In this document: positions 55,368 through 64,000 of the stretch, piece after piece
How positions within the stretch are numbered: the stretch's first letter is position 1
How the letters are laid out: the number at the start of each line of letters is the position of its first letter
Source: Gammaproteobacteria bacterium
Lineage (GTDB): Bacteria > Pseudomonadota > Gammaproteobacteria > Natronospirales > REEB76
Reading direction: 5' to 3'
NCBI GenBank assembly: GCA_049698775.1
Contig: JBAVYM010000041.1
Coordinates: 5,691-69,690, forward strand
DNA length: 64,000 bases
The notes under the pieces: generated by a model
Told to the model about the DNA's origin: nothing
The model's input: only the letters and a program-made list of their open reading frames with translations
Databases searched by the model: none
Position numbers and translations under genes: made by a program

Positions 55368-57121
55368 TCCAGCGTCATGGTGGTGTAGCGCTTGGACAGC
55401 TTCTCGAAGCGCGGATCGCCGTGCAGTGGCGCATACATCGGATTGATGGCGAGGTCGCTGCAGCTAACAGGTAGGGCGGCGCAGATGTCTGGCAGCATTT
55501 GCATGGCCGTGGCCTTCTCGCCCAGCGTCAGATAAAGCTGCAACAGATCGTCTTGCGATTGGGGGCTGATGTGGGCGCGGCGCAGCGCGTTGAGCGCCGC
55601 CAATGCCTTGGGGCGAAGCGCCGGTTTGAGCAGCGCCTGATAGGTCAGCCGGCCCGCGTCCACCAGTTGTTTGTCCAGAGCCGTCGCCGGCTGGACCAGA
55701 TCGAAGGCCTTGACCGCCTCCTCACCGCGCTGCAACTGCGTGTAGGCGAAGGCGAGATAGAACGCAGCATCAATGTCGTGCGGGGAGAGCTCGATCATCG
55801 CCTGCGACGCCGCCAGCTCCTGCGGCCAGTCGCCGGCGTCCTGGGCGACCGCGGCAAGGTTGTTCTGCGCGCTCACGCTGTCGGGGTCGAGCCGCGCGGC
55901 TTCCTGAAATTCCGCCAGTCCGGGCTTGAGCGGCAGCACCGTGCCGTACTCCAGATGTGCGGGTGCATTGTTGGGGTCGAGCTTGAGCGCCTGCTGGTAT
56001 TTCGCCGTGGCCTGGGCGATGCGGTTGTCGTTGTCATCAGCATTGGCCAGTTGCACCAGTGCGTTGACGTTATGCGGATCGAGCGCCAGCGCCTTCTCGG
56101 CCGCCGCGCGCATCTTCGGCAGCGCCTCTTGCAACGGCAGCGTGGACCATTGCGTCAACCCAAAGTAGGCGTATGCCAGCCCGGCCCAAGCGTCGGCGTA
56201 GTTCGGATCGAGCTTCAGGGCCGCCTGGAAATCCTCGAGCGCGGCTTGCGAATCCGCCGCGGTATGGCGATCTATGGCCGCAAGGCTCTTGAGATACAGT
56301 TCATGCGCCTGCGGGTTGAGCGTGGGCGCGGCCTGCAGGCCGGCGAACTTCACTTGCAGCGCGCCCGCGATCGCCGCGGAGATCTTGTCCTGCACCGCGA
56401 AGATGTTCTTGAACGGCTCATCGTAATGCGCCGACCACAGTTGCCGGCCGGTCACGGTGCTAACCAGTTCCGCCGACACGCGAACCTGATCGCCCGCGCG
56501 CTGGATGCTGCCGTCGAGGATGTGCGCAACGTTCAAAGTGTGACCCATTTCGCCAGCGGTCTGCTTGGTATCATGGAACTTGGATGCGGTATCCCAGGCG
56601 ATCACGGTCAGGCCGGTGCTCTGGCCGAGCGCCCCGGTCAGTTCTTCGGTGATGCCGTCGCTGAAGTATTGCTGGCTCTTGTCACCGCTCAAGTTGGCGA
56701 ACGGCAGCACCACGATGGAATCGGTGGGTGGATTGAAGGCGGGCGCGGCCTGTTCGGCAGCTAAACGTTGCGCATGGTGTTCGGAGAATCGCCAAGCGTA
56801 GATACCTGAAATCACCACCAGGACCACCACCGCGGTGGCGATGGCCGCACCGAGTTTCCAGTGCAAGCGCTGCCATGAATTGTATTTGGCGGGATCACTG
56901 GGCTTGATGAGCATCCAGGCCAGCACCAACACCACCGGGAAACCCAGCAGCAGCACGATGATGATTACCGGCACGGCACCGGTCCAGCCGAAATACGGAA
57001 AGGCGCGGCTTACCACCTGGATCACAAACGCAGCAAAGACTGCATAGCCCACCACCACTCGGTAGATATGGTGCTGCTTCAGGCGCGCGAACAAGCCCGG
57101 TTGATTGCTGGCGGTTTCCAT
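55364..57121 (-). CDS. Membrane-anchored TolB-N-like + TPR repeat protein (paralog 3 of 3, intact)
   Basis: It has the same architecture as 2675-4492: LKQHHIYRVVVGYAVFAAFVIQVVSRAFPYFGW, VVLPFANLSGDKSQQYFSDGITEEL and C-terminal TPR-like repeats. Confidence 0.8.
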   Translation of the reverse strand: METASNQPGLFARLKQHHIYRVVVGYAVFAAFVIQVVSRAFPYFGWTGAVPVIIIVLLLGFPVVLVLAWMLIKPSDPAKYNSWQRLHWKLGAAIATAVVVLVVISGIYAWRFSEHHAQRLAAEQAAPAFNPPTDSIVVLPFANLSGDKSQQYFSDGITEELTGALGQSTGLTVIAWDTASKFHDTKQTAGEMGHTLNVAHILDGSIQRAGDQVRVSAELVSTVTGRQLWSAHYDEPFKNIFAVQDKISAAIAGALQVKFAGLQAAPTLNPQAHELYLKSLAAIDRHTAADSQAALEDFQAALKLDPNYADAWAGLAYAYFGLTQWSTLPLQEALPKMRAAAEKALALDPHNVNALVQLANADDNDNRIAQATAKYQQALKLDPNNAPAHLEYGTVLPLKPGLAEFQEAARLDPDSVSAQNNLAAVAQDAGDWPQELAASQAMIELSPHDIDAAFYLAFAYTQLQRGEEAVKAFDLVQPATALDKQLVDAGRLTYQALLKPALRPKALAALNALRRAHISPQSQDDLLQLYLTLGEKATAMQMLPDICAALPVSCSDLAINPMYAPLHGDPRFEKLSKRYTTMTLE

Positions 57122-57402
57122 GCGTCGCTGTTCCCCTGTGGAGGCATAGCCTAGCGCAAGTGGCGAAGGCGTGCAGGGAGCGGGGAAAAAACTTCGGGAG
57201 CCAATACCTTGCCCCTCGCCAAACTCAGTACGGACCCTTCGACTCCGCGCCTGTGGCGCTACGCTCAGAGCTTGCCCCGGACTTGATCCGGGGGCGAACG
57301 GTGTTTTAAACCCGCTGACTTTGTCTTGGCCGGGTTTTTGTGGGAGCGCCGATATTCGGCGCGATTCTTTGTGGGCGGAAATCGCGACGGAGGCAGAAAC
57401 TC

Positions 57403-58044
57403 TCAGCCGCCGCCGTTGCCCTGCAATTGCTTGAAGCGCGTGATATACGCTTCATAGCGTTCCCGCGTGGTCTGCTCGTCCTGTTGTTGTTGCAGTAGCA
57501 ATTGCTGATCGGTCTTGATCTGCTGTTGCACGCTGTCCAGGTTTTTTGTCAGATCGGCGGGAATTGGTTTGCGGGCATGGGTCAGTTCGGTTTCACGCGC
57601 CTGATATTCCGTCAGCGTCTTTTGCAGACCGCTGATGGCGCTGTTGGTCAGTTTGATCTGCGAGTCCATGGCGGCGAGCCGGCTGTCGCGGTCCTGCTCG
57701 ATGTCTGAAACCGAGGTATAGGTATCGCGCAGCATCTGGTCGTTGGCCTGCTGCTGTTGATCCTGTTGGGTTTTTTCCGCCGCCGCCGCCTGGGCTTGTT
57801 GTTCCTTGGCAATTTCCGCCGGGGTCTTAGCGGCATTCAGGGTTTTGACGGTGACGCCTTCGCTGTTGAGCACGTCCAGTTGCTGACTGGCGTATTCCGG
57901 CGGCACGCTGCTGCCGTAATGCACCACGCCCTGCTTGTCCACCCACTTGTAGAGTTTCGGGGTTTTATCCTGGGCAAACGCGCCTACGGCAAACACGGTC
58001 GCAAGAAGCGCCGCAAGAATCAATGCGGGGATGCGTGGTTTCAT
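57403..58044 (-). CDS. DUF4124 domain protein with Q-rich coiled coil
   Basis: It has a signal peptide and LYKWVDKQGVVHYG (the DUF4124 signature), then a Q/A-rich coiled coil. Confidence 0.75.
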   Translation of the reverse strand: MKPRIPALILAALLATVFAVGAFAQDKTPKLYKWVDKQGVVHYGSSVPPEYASQQLDVLNSEGVTVKTLNAAKTPAEIAKEQQAQAAAAEKTQQDQQQQANDQMLRDTYTSVSDIEQDRDSRLAAMDSQIKLTNSAISGLQKTLTEYQARETELTHARKPIPADLTKNLDSVQQQIKTDQQLLLQQQQDEQTTRERYEAYITRFKQLQGNGGG

Positions 58045-58114
58045 GTGGCAGGCCGTGTATGCGTATGAATCTGGGGAGAAAAGTATAGCATCGTCGCCAG
58101 AGGGGCTTAGCGCA

Positions 58115-58756
58115 TCAGGCCCCGTAGCGTTGACGGTATTCCCGCAGCGTGGTGAGCGAAGCCGCGAGATCCGGCCGGCTTTCCAGCCACCCGATGATGT
58201 CCTCGAGCCGCGCGATGGCGGCCACCTCGATATGTTCGGTTTCGCGCAGTTCGGCGATGGCAGATTTTTCCCGCTGGCCGCGTTCCTGCCGATCCAGCGC
58301 GATGACCAGGCCCGCGGGCCTAGCGCCGGCCACGCGGATAATGTTCAGGGATTCGCGCACCGCGGTGCCGGCGGTGATTACGTCGTCAATGATCAGCACC
58401 CGGCCAGTAAGCTTTGCGCCCACCAGGTTTCCGCCTTCGCCGTGGTCCTTGGCTTCCTTGCGGTTGAAACACCAAGGCAGGTCGTGGCCGTGGTGCTCGG
58501 CCAGCGCTGCCGCGGTCACGGACACCAACGGGATGCCCTTGTACGCGGGGCCGAACAACATGTCGAATGGGATGCCGGATTCCGTGACGGCACTGGCATA
58601 GAAACGGCCCAAGGCGGCGAGTGCGCTGCCACTGTTGAACAGGCCGGCGTTGAAGAAGTAGGGACTCTTGCGCCCCGATTTCAAGGTGAATTCACCAAAG
58701 CGCAACACGCCGCATTTCAGGGCAAACTCCAGGAATTCCCGCCGATAGTCCTGCAT
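58115..58756 (-). CDS. pyrE: Orotate phosphoribosyltransferase
   Basis: [36 protein letters not shown] and the PRPP motif [13 protein letters not shown] are present. The 505-aa track ORF is an artefactual upstream extension antisense to xthA. Confidence 0.95.
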   Translation of the reverse strand: MQDYRREFLEFALKCGVLRFGEFTLKSGRKSPYFFNAGLFNSGSALAALGRFYASAVTESGIPFDMLFGPAYKGIPLVSVTAAALAEHHGHDLPWCFNRKEAKDHGEGGNLVGAKLTGRVLIIDDVITAGTAVRESLNIIRVAGARPAGLVIALDRQERGQREKSAIAELRETEHIEVAAIARLEDIIGWLESRPDLAASLTTLREYRQRYGA

Positions 58757-58819
58757 AAACCGCCCATGCGTCCGCAAACCGGTCGAGTATGATACACGCT
58801 TTGTTTCACGAGCCTGGGC

Positions 58820-59593
58820 ATGCGCATCATCACGCTCAACGTCAACGGCATCCGTTCCGCCGCCCGCAAGGGATTGTTCGAGTGGCTGCCAAAACAGCGC
58901 GCCGAGGTAGTGTGCGTGCAGGAAACCAAGGCCCAGATAGATCAACTCACGGACGCGGCGTTCCGGCCGGACCAGCATCATTGTTTTTATTTCGACGCGC
59001 ACAAGAAAGGCTATGCCGGCACCGCGCTGTACACTCGCACCGAGCCGGACGATGTGATCACCGGCTTCGGTGAAAAGGAATTCGACAACGAGGGCCGTTA
59101 TCTCGAAGCGCGCTTCAGAAATCTTTCGGTGGTGTCGCTGTATCTGCCTTCGGGTTCTGCCGGTCCCGAACGCCAGGCCTCCAAGGATCGTTTCCTGAAA
59201 GTCTTCATGCCGTATCTGAAATCCCTGCGCCGCAAAAAACGCGAATACATTCTGTGCGGCGACTGGAACATTGCGCACAAGGAAATTGACCTCAAGAACT
59301 GGAAGGGCAATCAGAAGAATTCGGGGTTCCTGCCGCACGAGCGCGCCTGGCTGGACGAGCTGTTCGGACCGGCCGGTTTCGTGGATGCGTTCCGCTGCGT
59401 GGACCCACGGCCCGAGCAATACACCTGGTGGTCGAACCGCGGCCACGCTTGGGCCAAGAACGTCGGCTGGCGCATTGATTACCAGATTGTCACGCCGGGT
59501 TTGAAGCACGCTGTGAAGAAAGTTTCTATATATAAGGAGCAGCGTTTCTCGGATCACGCACCGCTCATCATGGATTACGATTGCGTCCCGTGA
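58820..59593 (+). CDS. xthA: Exodeoxyribonuclease III
   Basis: [22 protein letters not shown] and ...SDHAPL are present. Confidence 0.9.
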   Translation: MRIITLNVNGIRSAARKGLFEWLPKQRAEVVCVQETKAQIDQLTDAAFRPDQHHCFYFDAHKKGYAGTALYTRTEPDDVITGFGEKEFDNEGRYLEARFRNLSVVSLYLPSGSAGPERQASKDRFLKVFMPYLKSLRRKKREYILCGDWNIAHKEIDLKNWKGNQKNSGFLPHERAWLDELFGPAGFVDAFRCVDPRPEQYTWWSNRGHAWAKNVGWRIDYQIVTPGLKHAVKKVSIYKEQRFSDHAPLIMDYDCVP

Positions 59594-59622
59594 ACAGTCC
59601 CTCGAAGGCGCCTGCCTGGAAC

Positions 59623-60882
59623 ATGAATTCACTTGCGGACTTCGCGCGCACCTGCTGGAACCGCCGCATCGGCATCACTCTGCTGTTGGGGTTTTCCTCA
59701 GGCCTGCCGCTGGCACTTTCCGGCAGTAGCTTGCAAGCCTGGCTCGCGACACAGCACGTGAACATCTCCACCATCGGCTGGTTCTCGCTGGTCGGCTTGC
59801 CGTATTCGCTCAAGTTCCTGTGGGCGCCGGTCATGGACCGTTACGTGCCGCCGTTCCTGGGCCGGCGCCGCGGCTGGATTCTGCTCATGCAATGCGCGCT
59901 GGCCGTGATTCTCGCCGGCATGGCGCTCACCGATCCGGTCAGTCACGTGTGGCGCATGGGGATTCTGGCGTTTGCTCTGGCGTTTGCTTCGGCGTCACAG
60001 GACATCGCTTATAACGCCTATTTCACCGACATCCTGCGGCCCGCGGAACGCGGTCTGGGCGCGGCGGTGCAGGCCGGCGGTTATCGCCTGGCCATGATCG
60101 TGGCCGGCGCGATTGTCCTGATCCTCTCGGACCGCATCGGTTGGCGCAACAGTTATCTGCTGATGGCGTTGCTGATGTTGATCGCGATGCTTCCCACATG
60201 TATCGGTCCGGAGCCTGAAATCAAGGTTACGCCGCCGCGCACGCTCACCGACGCGGTAGTGAAACCGTTGCTGGAATTGCTGGTGCGCCGTGGCGCTTTA
60301 TGGCTGCTGTTGCTGGTGGTGCTGTACAAATTCGGCAACTGGTTCTCGGGATTACTGACCAACGCGTTTCTGATTGAGGGCTTGCATTTCACCGCCACCG
60401 ATGTGGGTGTGGTGAACAAGGGCTTTGGCATCGCGGCCACGATCGTCGGTGTGTTTCTCGGCGGCGTGCTGATGGCGCGGCTGTCGCTGTTCCGGGCCTT
60501 ATTTTATTTCGGCATTCTGCAAGCCGTGTCCATTCTTACGTTCCTGGCCCTGTCGCTGATCGGCCATAGCTATGTCGGCATGATCGTGGCGGTGGGCGTG
60601 GAGAATCTCGCTTGGGGCATGGGCACCGCGGCGTTCCTCGCCTATCTCATGGCGCTCTGCGATCACCGCTATACCGCGTTCCAGTTTGCGCTGTTGTCGG
60701 CGCTGGATTCGATTTCGCGGGTATTCCTGGGGCCGGCCGCCGGATATGTGGCCGGGCACCAAGGCTGGAGCGCGGTATTCATCGTGAGCGCGCTGTTGGC
60801 GCTGCCGGGATTGGTGTTGCTGGTGTTGCTGCGCCGGCGCATCGGCGAAATTGAATTCCGCAATGCGCCGCAACAAGTCTGA
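59623..60882 (+). CDS. ampG: AmpG-family muropeptide MFS permease
   Basis: [22 protein letters not shown] and ...[16 protein letters not shown] are present, with 12+ TM segments. Confidence 0.85.
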   Translation: MNSLADFARTCWNRRIGITLLLGFSSGLPLALSGSSLQAWLATQHVNISTIGWFSLVGLPYSLKFLWAPVMDRYVPPFLGRRRGWILLMQCALAVILAGMALTDPVSHVWRMGILAFALAFASASQDIAYNAYFTDILRPAERGLGAAVQAGGYRLAMIVAGAIVLILSDRIGWRNSYLLMALLMLIAMLPTCIGPEPEIKVTPPRTLTDAVVKPLLELLVRRGALWLLLLVVLYKFGNWFSGLLTNAFLIEGLHFTATDVGVVNKGFGIAATIVGVFLGGVLMARLSLFRALFYFGILQAVSILTFLALSLIGHSYVGMIVAVGVENLAWGMGTAAFLAYLMALCDHRYTAFQFALLSALDSISRVFLGPAAGYVAGHQGWSAVFIVSALLALPGLVLLVLLRRRIGEIEFRNAPQQV

Positions 60883-60888
60883 GGTTTC

Positions 60889-61302
60889 TCAGTGCAGCCG
60901 GCCCTGGGGTTTTTCCGCGGGATTCTGTACCGCCACCGGCGAAGCATGGTGCAGAATCATGCGCCAGCCCTCACGGGTGAGTTGATAGATATTGGTGGCG
61001 ATCATGGGCGGACGTTCGCCACTTTCCCCCGGCACGCTGATGTGTTCGTGCAGTACATGAATGGCGAGCAGTGCATCCTGGGTGCGGCTCACCTCCGCCA
61101 GCCGGAAATTCAGGTTGCTGCCGCCGCGGAACAATTCCGCCCAGGCGGCACGCACGGCTTTGTGACCAGCGAGCTTCGGTCCCACCGGATGCACGCAGAT
61201 CACCGCGTCGCCTTCCATCCAGACCGCCATCATGGCGTCCAGGCTGGCCTTCGCGAAGGCAGTGTAAAATGCGGCTTCCGCTTCGTCGGGGGTGGCAAAC
61301 AT
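60889..61302 (-). CDS. SnoaL-like / NTF2-fold protein (DUF4440-like)
   Basis: ...AFYTAFAKASLDAMMAVWMEGDAVICVHPVG... and ...GWRMILHHAS are typical of YybH/DUF4440-like proteins. Confidence 0.65.
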   Translation of the reverse strand: MFATPDEAEAAFYTAFAKASLDAMMAVWMEGDAVICVHPVGPKLAGHKAVRAAWAELFRGGSNLNFRLAEVSRTQDALLAIHVLHEHISVPGESGERPPMIATNIYQLTREGWRMILHHASPVAVQNPAEKPQGRLH

Positions 61303-61378
61303 GCTGTTACCGCACGGGATGGAGCGCTGACGATAAAAGAAAATCCAGGGTCTTGCAAAGCACGCGGTTGATTCCCCT

Positions 61379-61753
61379 ATGCCGGAAGCCTTACGCCATG
61401 TGGTCTGCGCGCTCGCGGATATTCCCGATCCGGGCGCCCGCGGTTTTTCGCCGCCGGGTGCGCGCTTCCCGGACGAATACTTCCTGGTGCGCCGCGGCGC
61501 GGCGCTGTATGCCTACCGCAATGTCTGCCCGCACGCCGGCAACTTCCTGAACTGGAAGGCGGATGCGTTCCTGACCAGGGACGAAACGCTCATCATGTGC
61601 TCGGCGCATGGCGCGCTGTTTGATCCCGCCACCGGCCAATGCGTGGCCGGACCCTGTGTTGGCCGGAGCCTGCAGCCGATACCGGTGGAAGTGGCGGACG
61701 GTCTGGTAGTGGCGTGTTTCCGCCACGCCGCTGATGGTTTGAAGATTGAATGA
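61379..61753 (+). CDS. Rieske [2Fe-2S] domain protein
   Basis: CPH (NVCPHAG) and C..H (MCSAHG) motifs occur with the appropriate spacing, plus a CVAGPC context. Confidence 0.8.
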   Translation: MPEALRHVVCALADIPDPGARGFSPPGARFPDEYFLVRRGAALYAYRNVCPHAGNFLNWKADAFLTRDETLIMCSAHGALFDPATGQCVAGPCVGRSLQPIPVEVADGLVVACFRHAADGLKIE

Positions 61754-61774
61754 AACCGGGTCCGGGAGGTTGGA

Positions 61775-62071
61775 TCAGCGTTCGAGATGGTCGAGAGGAT
61801 TTGCCCATAGCTCGTGACGTTCCTCGTCAAGATCCACGCCGTAATCCTCGCGTTCTATGTCCAGCGAACCGGACCAGTCTTCCGGCGGATCCACCTGCCG
61901 CAGTTGCCGCTCCGGCCAGGAGTCCGCGTCCAGCTCTTCCAGCGTGCCATCGAAATACTGCACACCGATGCTGCCGTCTTCGTCGTCCAGGGCCACCACT
62001 TCAAAGCTGACGCCCTGCGTATCGGCGTACCACTCGCCCACGGCGGGTTTCAAGGTGTCGGGTTCCATCAT
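61775..62071 (-). CDS. Small acidic hypothetical protein (DUF6763-like)
   Basis: ...VGEWYADTQGVSFEVVALDDEDGSIGVQYFDGTLEELDADSW...PPEDWSG. The family name is from memory, and the start is ATG 62071 or 62068. Confidence 0.55.
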   Translation of the reverse strand: MMEPDTLKPAVGEWYADTQGVSFEVVALDDEDGSIGVQYFDGTLEELDADSWPERQLRQVDPPEDWSGSLDIEREDYGVDLDEERHELWANPLDHLER

Positions 62072-62294
62072 GCGACTCGGTTGCGGTAGGCCTCCGGGCC
62101 CGAAGCTTGTTACCATGCACAACAAGATGACTTGCGCGCCTATGTTATAAAACTAGAATTCGCGCAAAGCAAGCGGGGATAGGCAGCGCGGTATGCAAAC
62201 GCAAGGCCGCTGCCGCGGTCATTCAAGAATGAGTCCAGATTGAACGGGTAGCTGTGTGTAAACGCTCACAATTTCTCGTGGATATCGGTGCCTG

Positions 62295-62921
62295 ATGCTG
62301 GAAAAATTCGTCAACATGTTTATTGTGCTGTTCGTGGTGGTGGACCCGATCGGTGTCACGCCCATGTTCGGCGCGCTGACCCGCGGCGGCGGCCATATCC
62401 ACCGCCGGCGCATGGCCTTCAAGGGCACGGCGCTGGCTGCGCTGATTCTGCTGATCTTCGCCTTCATCGGCGACTGGCTGCTCAAGGCTCTGGGCATTTC
62501 GATTCCCGCCTTCAAGATCGCCGGCGGCATCCTGCTGTTCCTGATTGCCATAGACATGGTGTTTGCGCGCCAGTCTGGCGGCCGTTCCGCGACCAGCCGG
62601 GAAGAGGAGGAAGCGCGTTACAAGGAAGATATCTCGGTGTTTCCGCTAGCCTTCCCGCTGATTGCCGGTCCCGGCGCGCTGGCCACTATCCTGCTGATGG
62701 TGAGTGAAGCGCGCGGCAGCATCGTGTATTTCATCGGCATGATCGTGGTGCTGTTGCTGGTGCTCGGCATCACGCTGTTGTGTTTGTTGCTGGCCGGACG
62801 GCTCATGAAGTTACTGGGTGAGACCGGTGCCAACGTGGTGGGGCGCCTGTTCGGCGTGATCCTCGCGGCGCTGGCGGTGCAATTCGTGGTGGATGGAATA
62901 CGCGCCGGATTTTTCAGTTGA
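62295..62921 (+). CDS. MarC family (UPF0056) membrane protein
   Basis: FVVVDPIGVTPMF and ...VFPLAFPLIAGPGA are present, with 6 TM segments. Confidence 0.85.
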   Translation: MLEKFVNMFIVLFVVVDPIGVTPMFGALTRGGGHIHRRRMAFKGTALAALILLIFAFIGDWLLKALGISIPAFKIAGGILLFLIAIDMVFARQSGGRSATSREEEEARYKEDISVFPLAFPLIAGPGALATILLMVSEARGSIVYFIGMIVVLLLVLGITLLCLLLAGRLMKLLGETGANVVGRLFGVILAALAVQFVVDGIRAGFFS

Positions 62922-62983
62922 CCCTCAAGACATCATCGCCGCGGAGGCGGGGATTCCATCTTCTTTCAAGTTCCTTTAACACC

Positions 62984-63024
62984 ATGTCGTGTAAGGTGGG
63001 TTAGCGAAGCGTAACCCGCGACAT
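62984..63024. repeat. REP-like nested palindrome ATGTCG..GGGTTA-N8-TAACCC..CGACAT
   Basis: It is seen directly in the marC/protease intergenic gap. Confidence 0.45.
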
Positions 63025-63058
63025 TTTCACTTGGCGGAATACACCGAGCTATTGCACC

Positions 63059-64000
63059 CTACGCTTGCTGACGCTGTTTTAGCCGGATGCCTATAAGCAG
63101 CAACATCAGACTTAAGATCCCCAGGGAACCCCCGCCACCGCTTTTGCCATTGGAGGCGGATGCAGAATTACTGACGGTTTTTACCGAGGCGATGTCGGGA
63201 AGTCCGTAACCGGAAACCCCATTCGGGATGCCCGAGCCGTTGGGCGTGTTGAAGGTCAAGCCCTTGCTGTTCGACTGCAGCACGCCGTATGCCTGATCGC
63301 TGCTATAACCAGCCGATTCGAGCAGCGCGATCAGTGCTGCCACATGCGGCGCGGCTGCCGAAGTACCGTAAAAGACCGGAGGGTTGGGTGCCGGCTGGCC
63401 ACATTCGGCTGGCGGGAACCCGCCAGCGCCGCTGATGCTCACTCCATCCACACCGACAAAATCCGGTTTCGGGATTGGACTGCTGGTCAAAAGTGGCAGG
63501 CTCACGGGTCCCTGTGAGCTGTAGGCTTCCACATCGTATTGATTCTGGAGTGCGGCGCTCGCATTGAGTGCACCTACCGAGATTTCCGCAGGGTAGGGTA
63601 ACGCAGCGTGGCCTACAATGCTGCCAATCGGGTTCACCGTGCTGATAGTCACTTCGCACGAGTTCGGCGATGCGACGAACAATTTGAGTTGATTCCCCGG
63701 TTGCCCGGCACGCAGGTAAATTGCAAGATTCACTTCTACGGATGAGGTTGAGGTGTTGGTCCAGAGGTTCCCGGTAACCGGTTGAGGTCCGGGTGTTGCG
63801 CTTGACGCCGCGCCGGCTTGTGCGCAGCCGTTCTGATCGTAGGTTTCCCCCTGGGTGCAGGCGATGATGTTGTTGTTGGAGTCGTACAGGACGACATCAT
63901 AGTCATTTGGGTCATTCGGCGTACTACTTGTGATCTCGGCGCTTGGCACCCATGGGTCATCACACTCCAGGATGTATTCGACCCCGGCACTCGGCGCGAC
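63059..64000 (-). CDS. Subtilisin-like S8 serine protease with GlyGly-CTERM sorting signal (partial; N-terminus beyond the window)
   Basis: The catalytic Ser motif is GTSAAAPHVAALIALL. The C-terminal tail is SGGGGSLGILSLMLLLIGIRLKQRQQA. The frame stays open to nt 64000 (…VAPSAGVEYILECDDPW-VPSAE…). Confidence 0.75.
   Translation of the reverse strand, partial: VAPSAGVEYILECDDPWVPSAEITSSTPNDPNDYDVVLYDSNNNIIACTQGETYDQNGCAQAGAASSATPGPQPVTGNLWTNTSTSSVEVNLAIYLRAGQPGNQLKLFVASPNSCEVTISTVNPIGSIVGHAALPYPAEISVGALNASAALQNQYDVEAYSSQGPVSLPLLTSSPIPKPDFVGVDGVSISGAGGFPPAECGQPAPNPPVFYGTSAAAPHVAALIALLESAGYSSDQAYGVLQSNSKGLTFNTPNGSGIPNGVSGYGLPDIASVKTVSNSASASNGKSGGGGSLGILSLMLLLIGIRLKQRQQA

Noticed and set aside
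58757-59632. N-terminal 290-aa extension of the pyrE ORF (track ORF 58115-59632, 505 aa).
   Set aside because: The PyrE homology begins at MQDYRREF (ATG at 58756). The extension is antisense to the well-supported xthA gene and has no recognisable features.

Overview
GC-rich (>60% by eye) chromosomal window with gammaproteobacterial synteny: ftsYEX-rpoH, rsmD-coaD, erpA/anmK/M23 peptidase/tyrS (as in Pseudomonas), coaBC-dut and pyrE/xthA/ampG. I found no rRNA, tRNA, CRISPR array, transposase or integrase. About 75 protein genes are supported, and most long antisense ORFs in the track are GC-driven shadows. The notable content, in window order: (1) The left ~10.6 kb is accessory-like. It holds three type II TA modules (two VapBC, one ParE-type) and two of three paralogs of a membrane-anchored TolB-N-like/TPR protein, one broken by an in-frame TGA. 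(2) An ~11.5 kb putative NO/anoxia stress region (18.7-30.3 kb) contains qNOR norB, a coupled membrane protein, a hemerythrin-like protein, a cysteine-free Crp/Fnr (Dnr-type) regulator, fdxA, nnrS and an AhpD-like protein. It also has an unusual, tightly coupled lipA-orf-cysK-like-sdhB string. Three perfect TTGAT-N4-ATCAA palindromes, all in promoter regions, punctuate the region. (3) A degraded pncB relic sits directly upstream of nnrS. (4) A ~40% GC orphan gene follows a glycine-zipper coiled-coil gene. (5) A cobalamin riboswitch-btuB unit lies next to btuCD, with an unknown lipoprotein where btuF would be expected. (6) A non-canonical FTR1 iron-uptake operon (cupredoxin, FTR1, OM beta-barrel, di-heme peroxidase) is divergent from bfd-bfr across a Fur-like box. 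(7) A partial S8 protease at the right edge carries a GlyGly-CTERM sorting tail. (8) Several REP/MITE-like nested-hairpin element families are present. All functional calls come from by-eye motif and family recognition of the translations; no database search was run.
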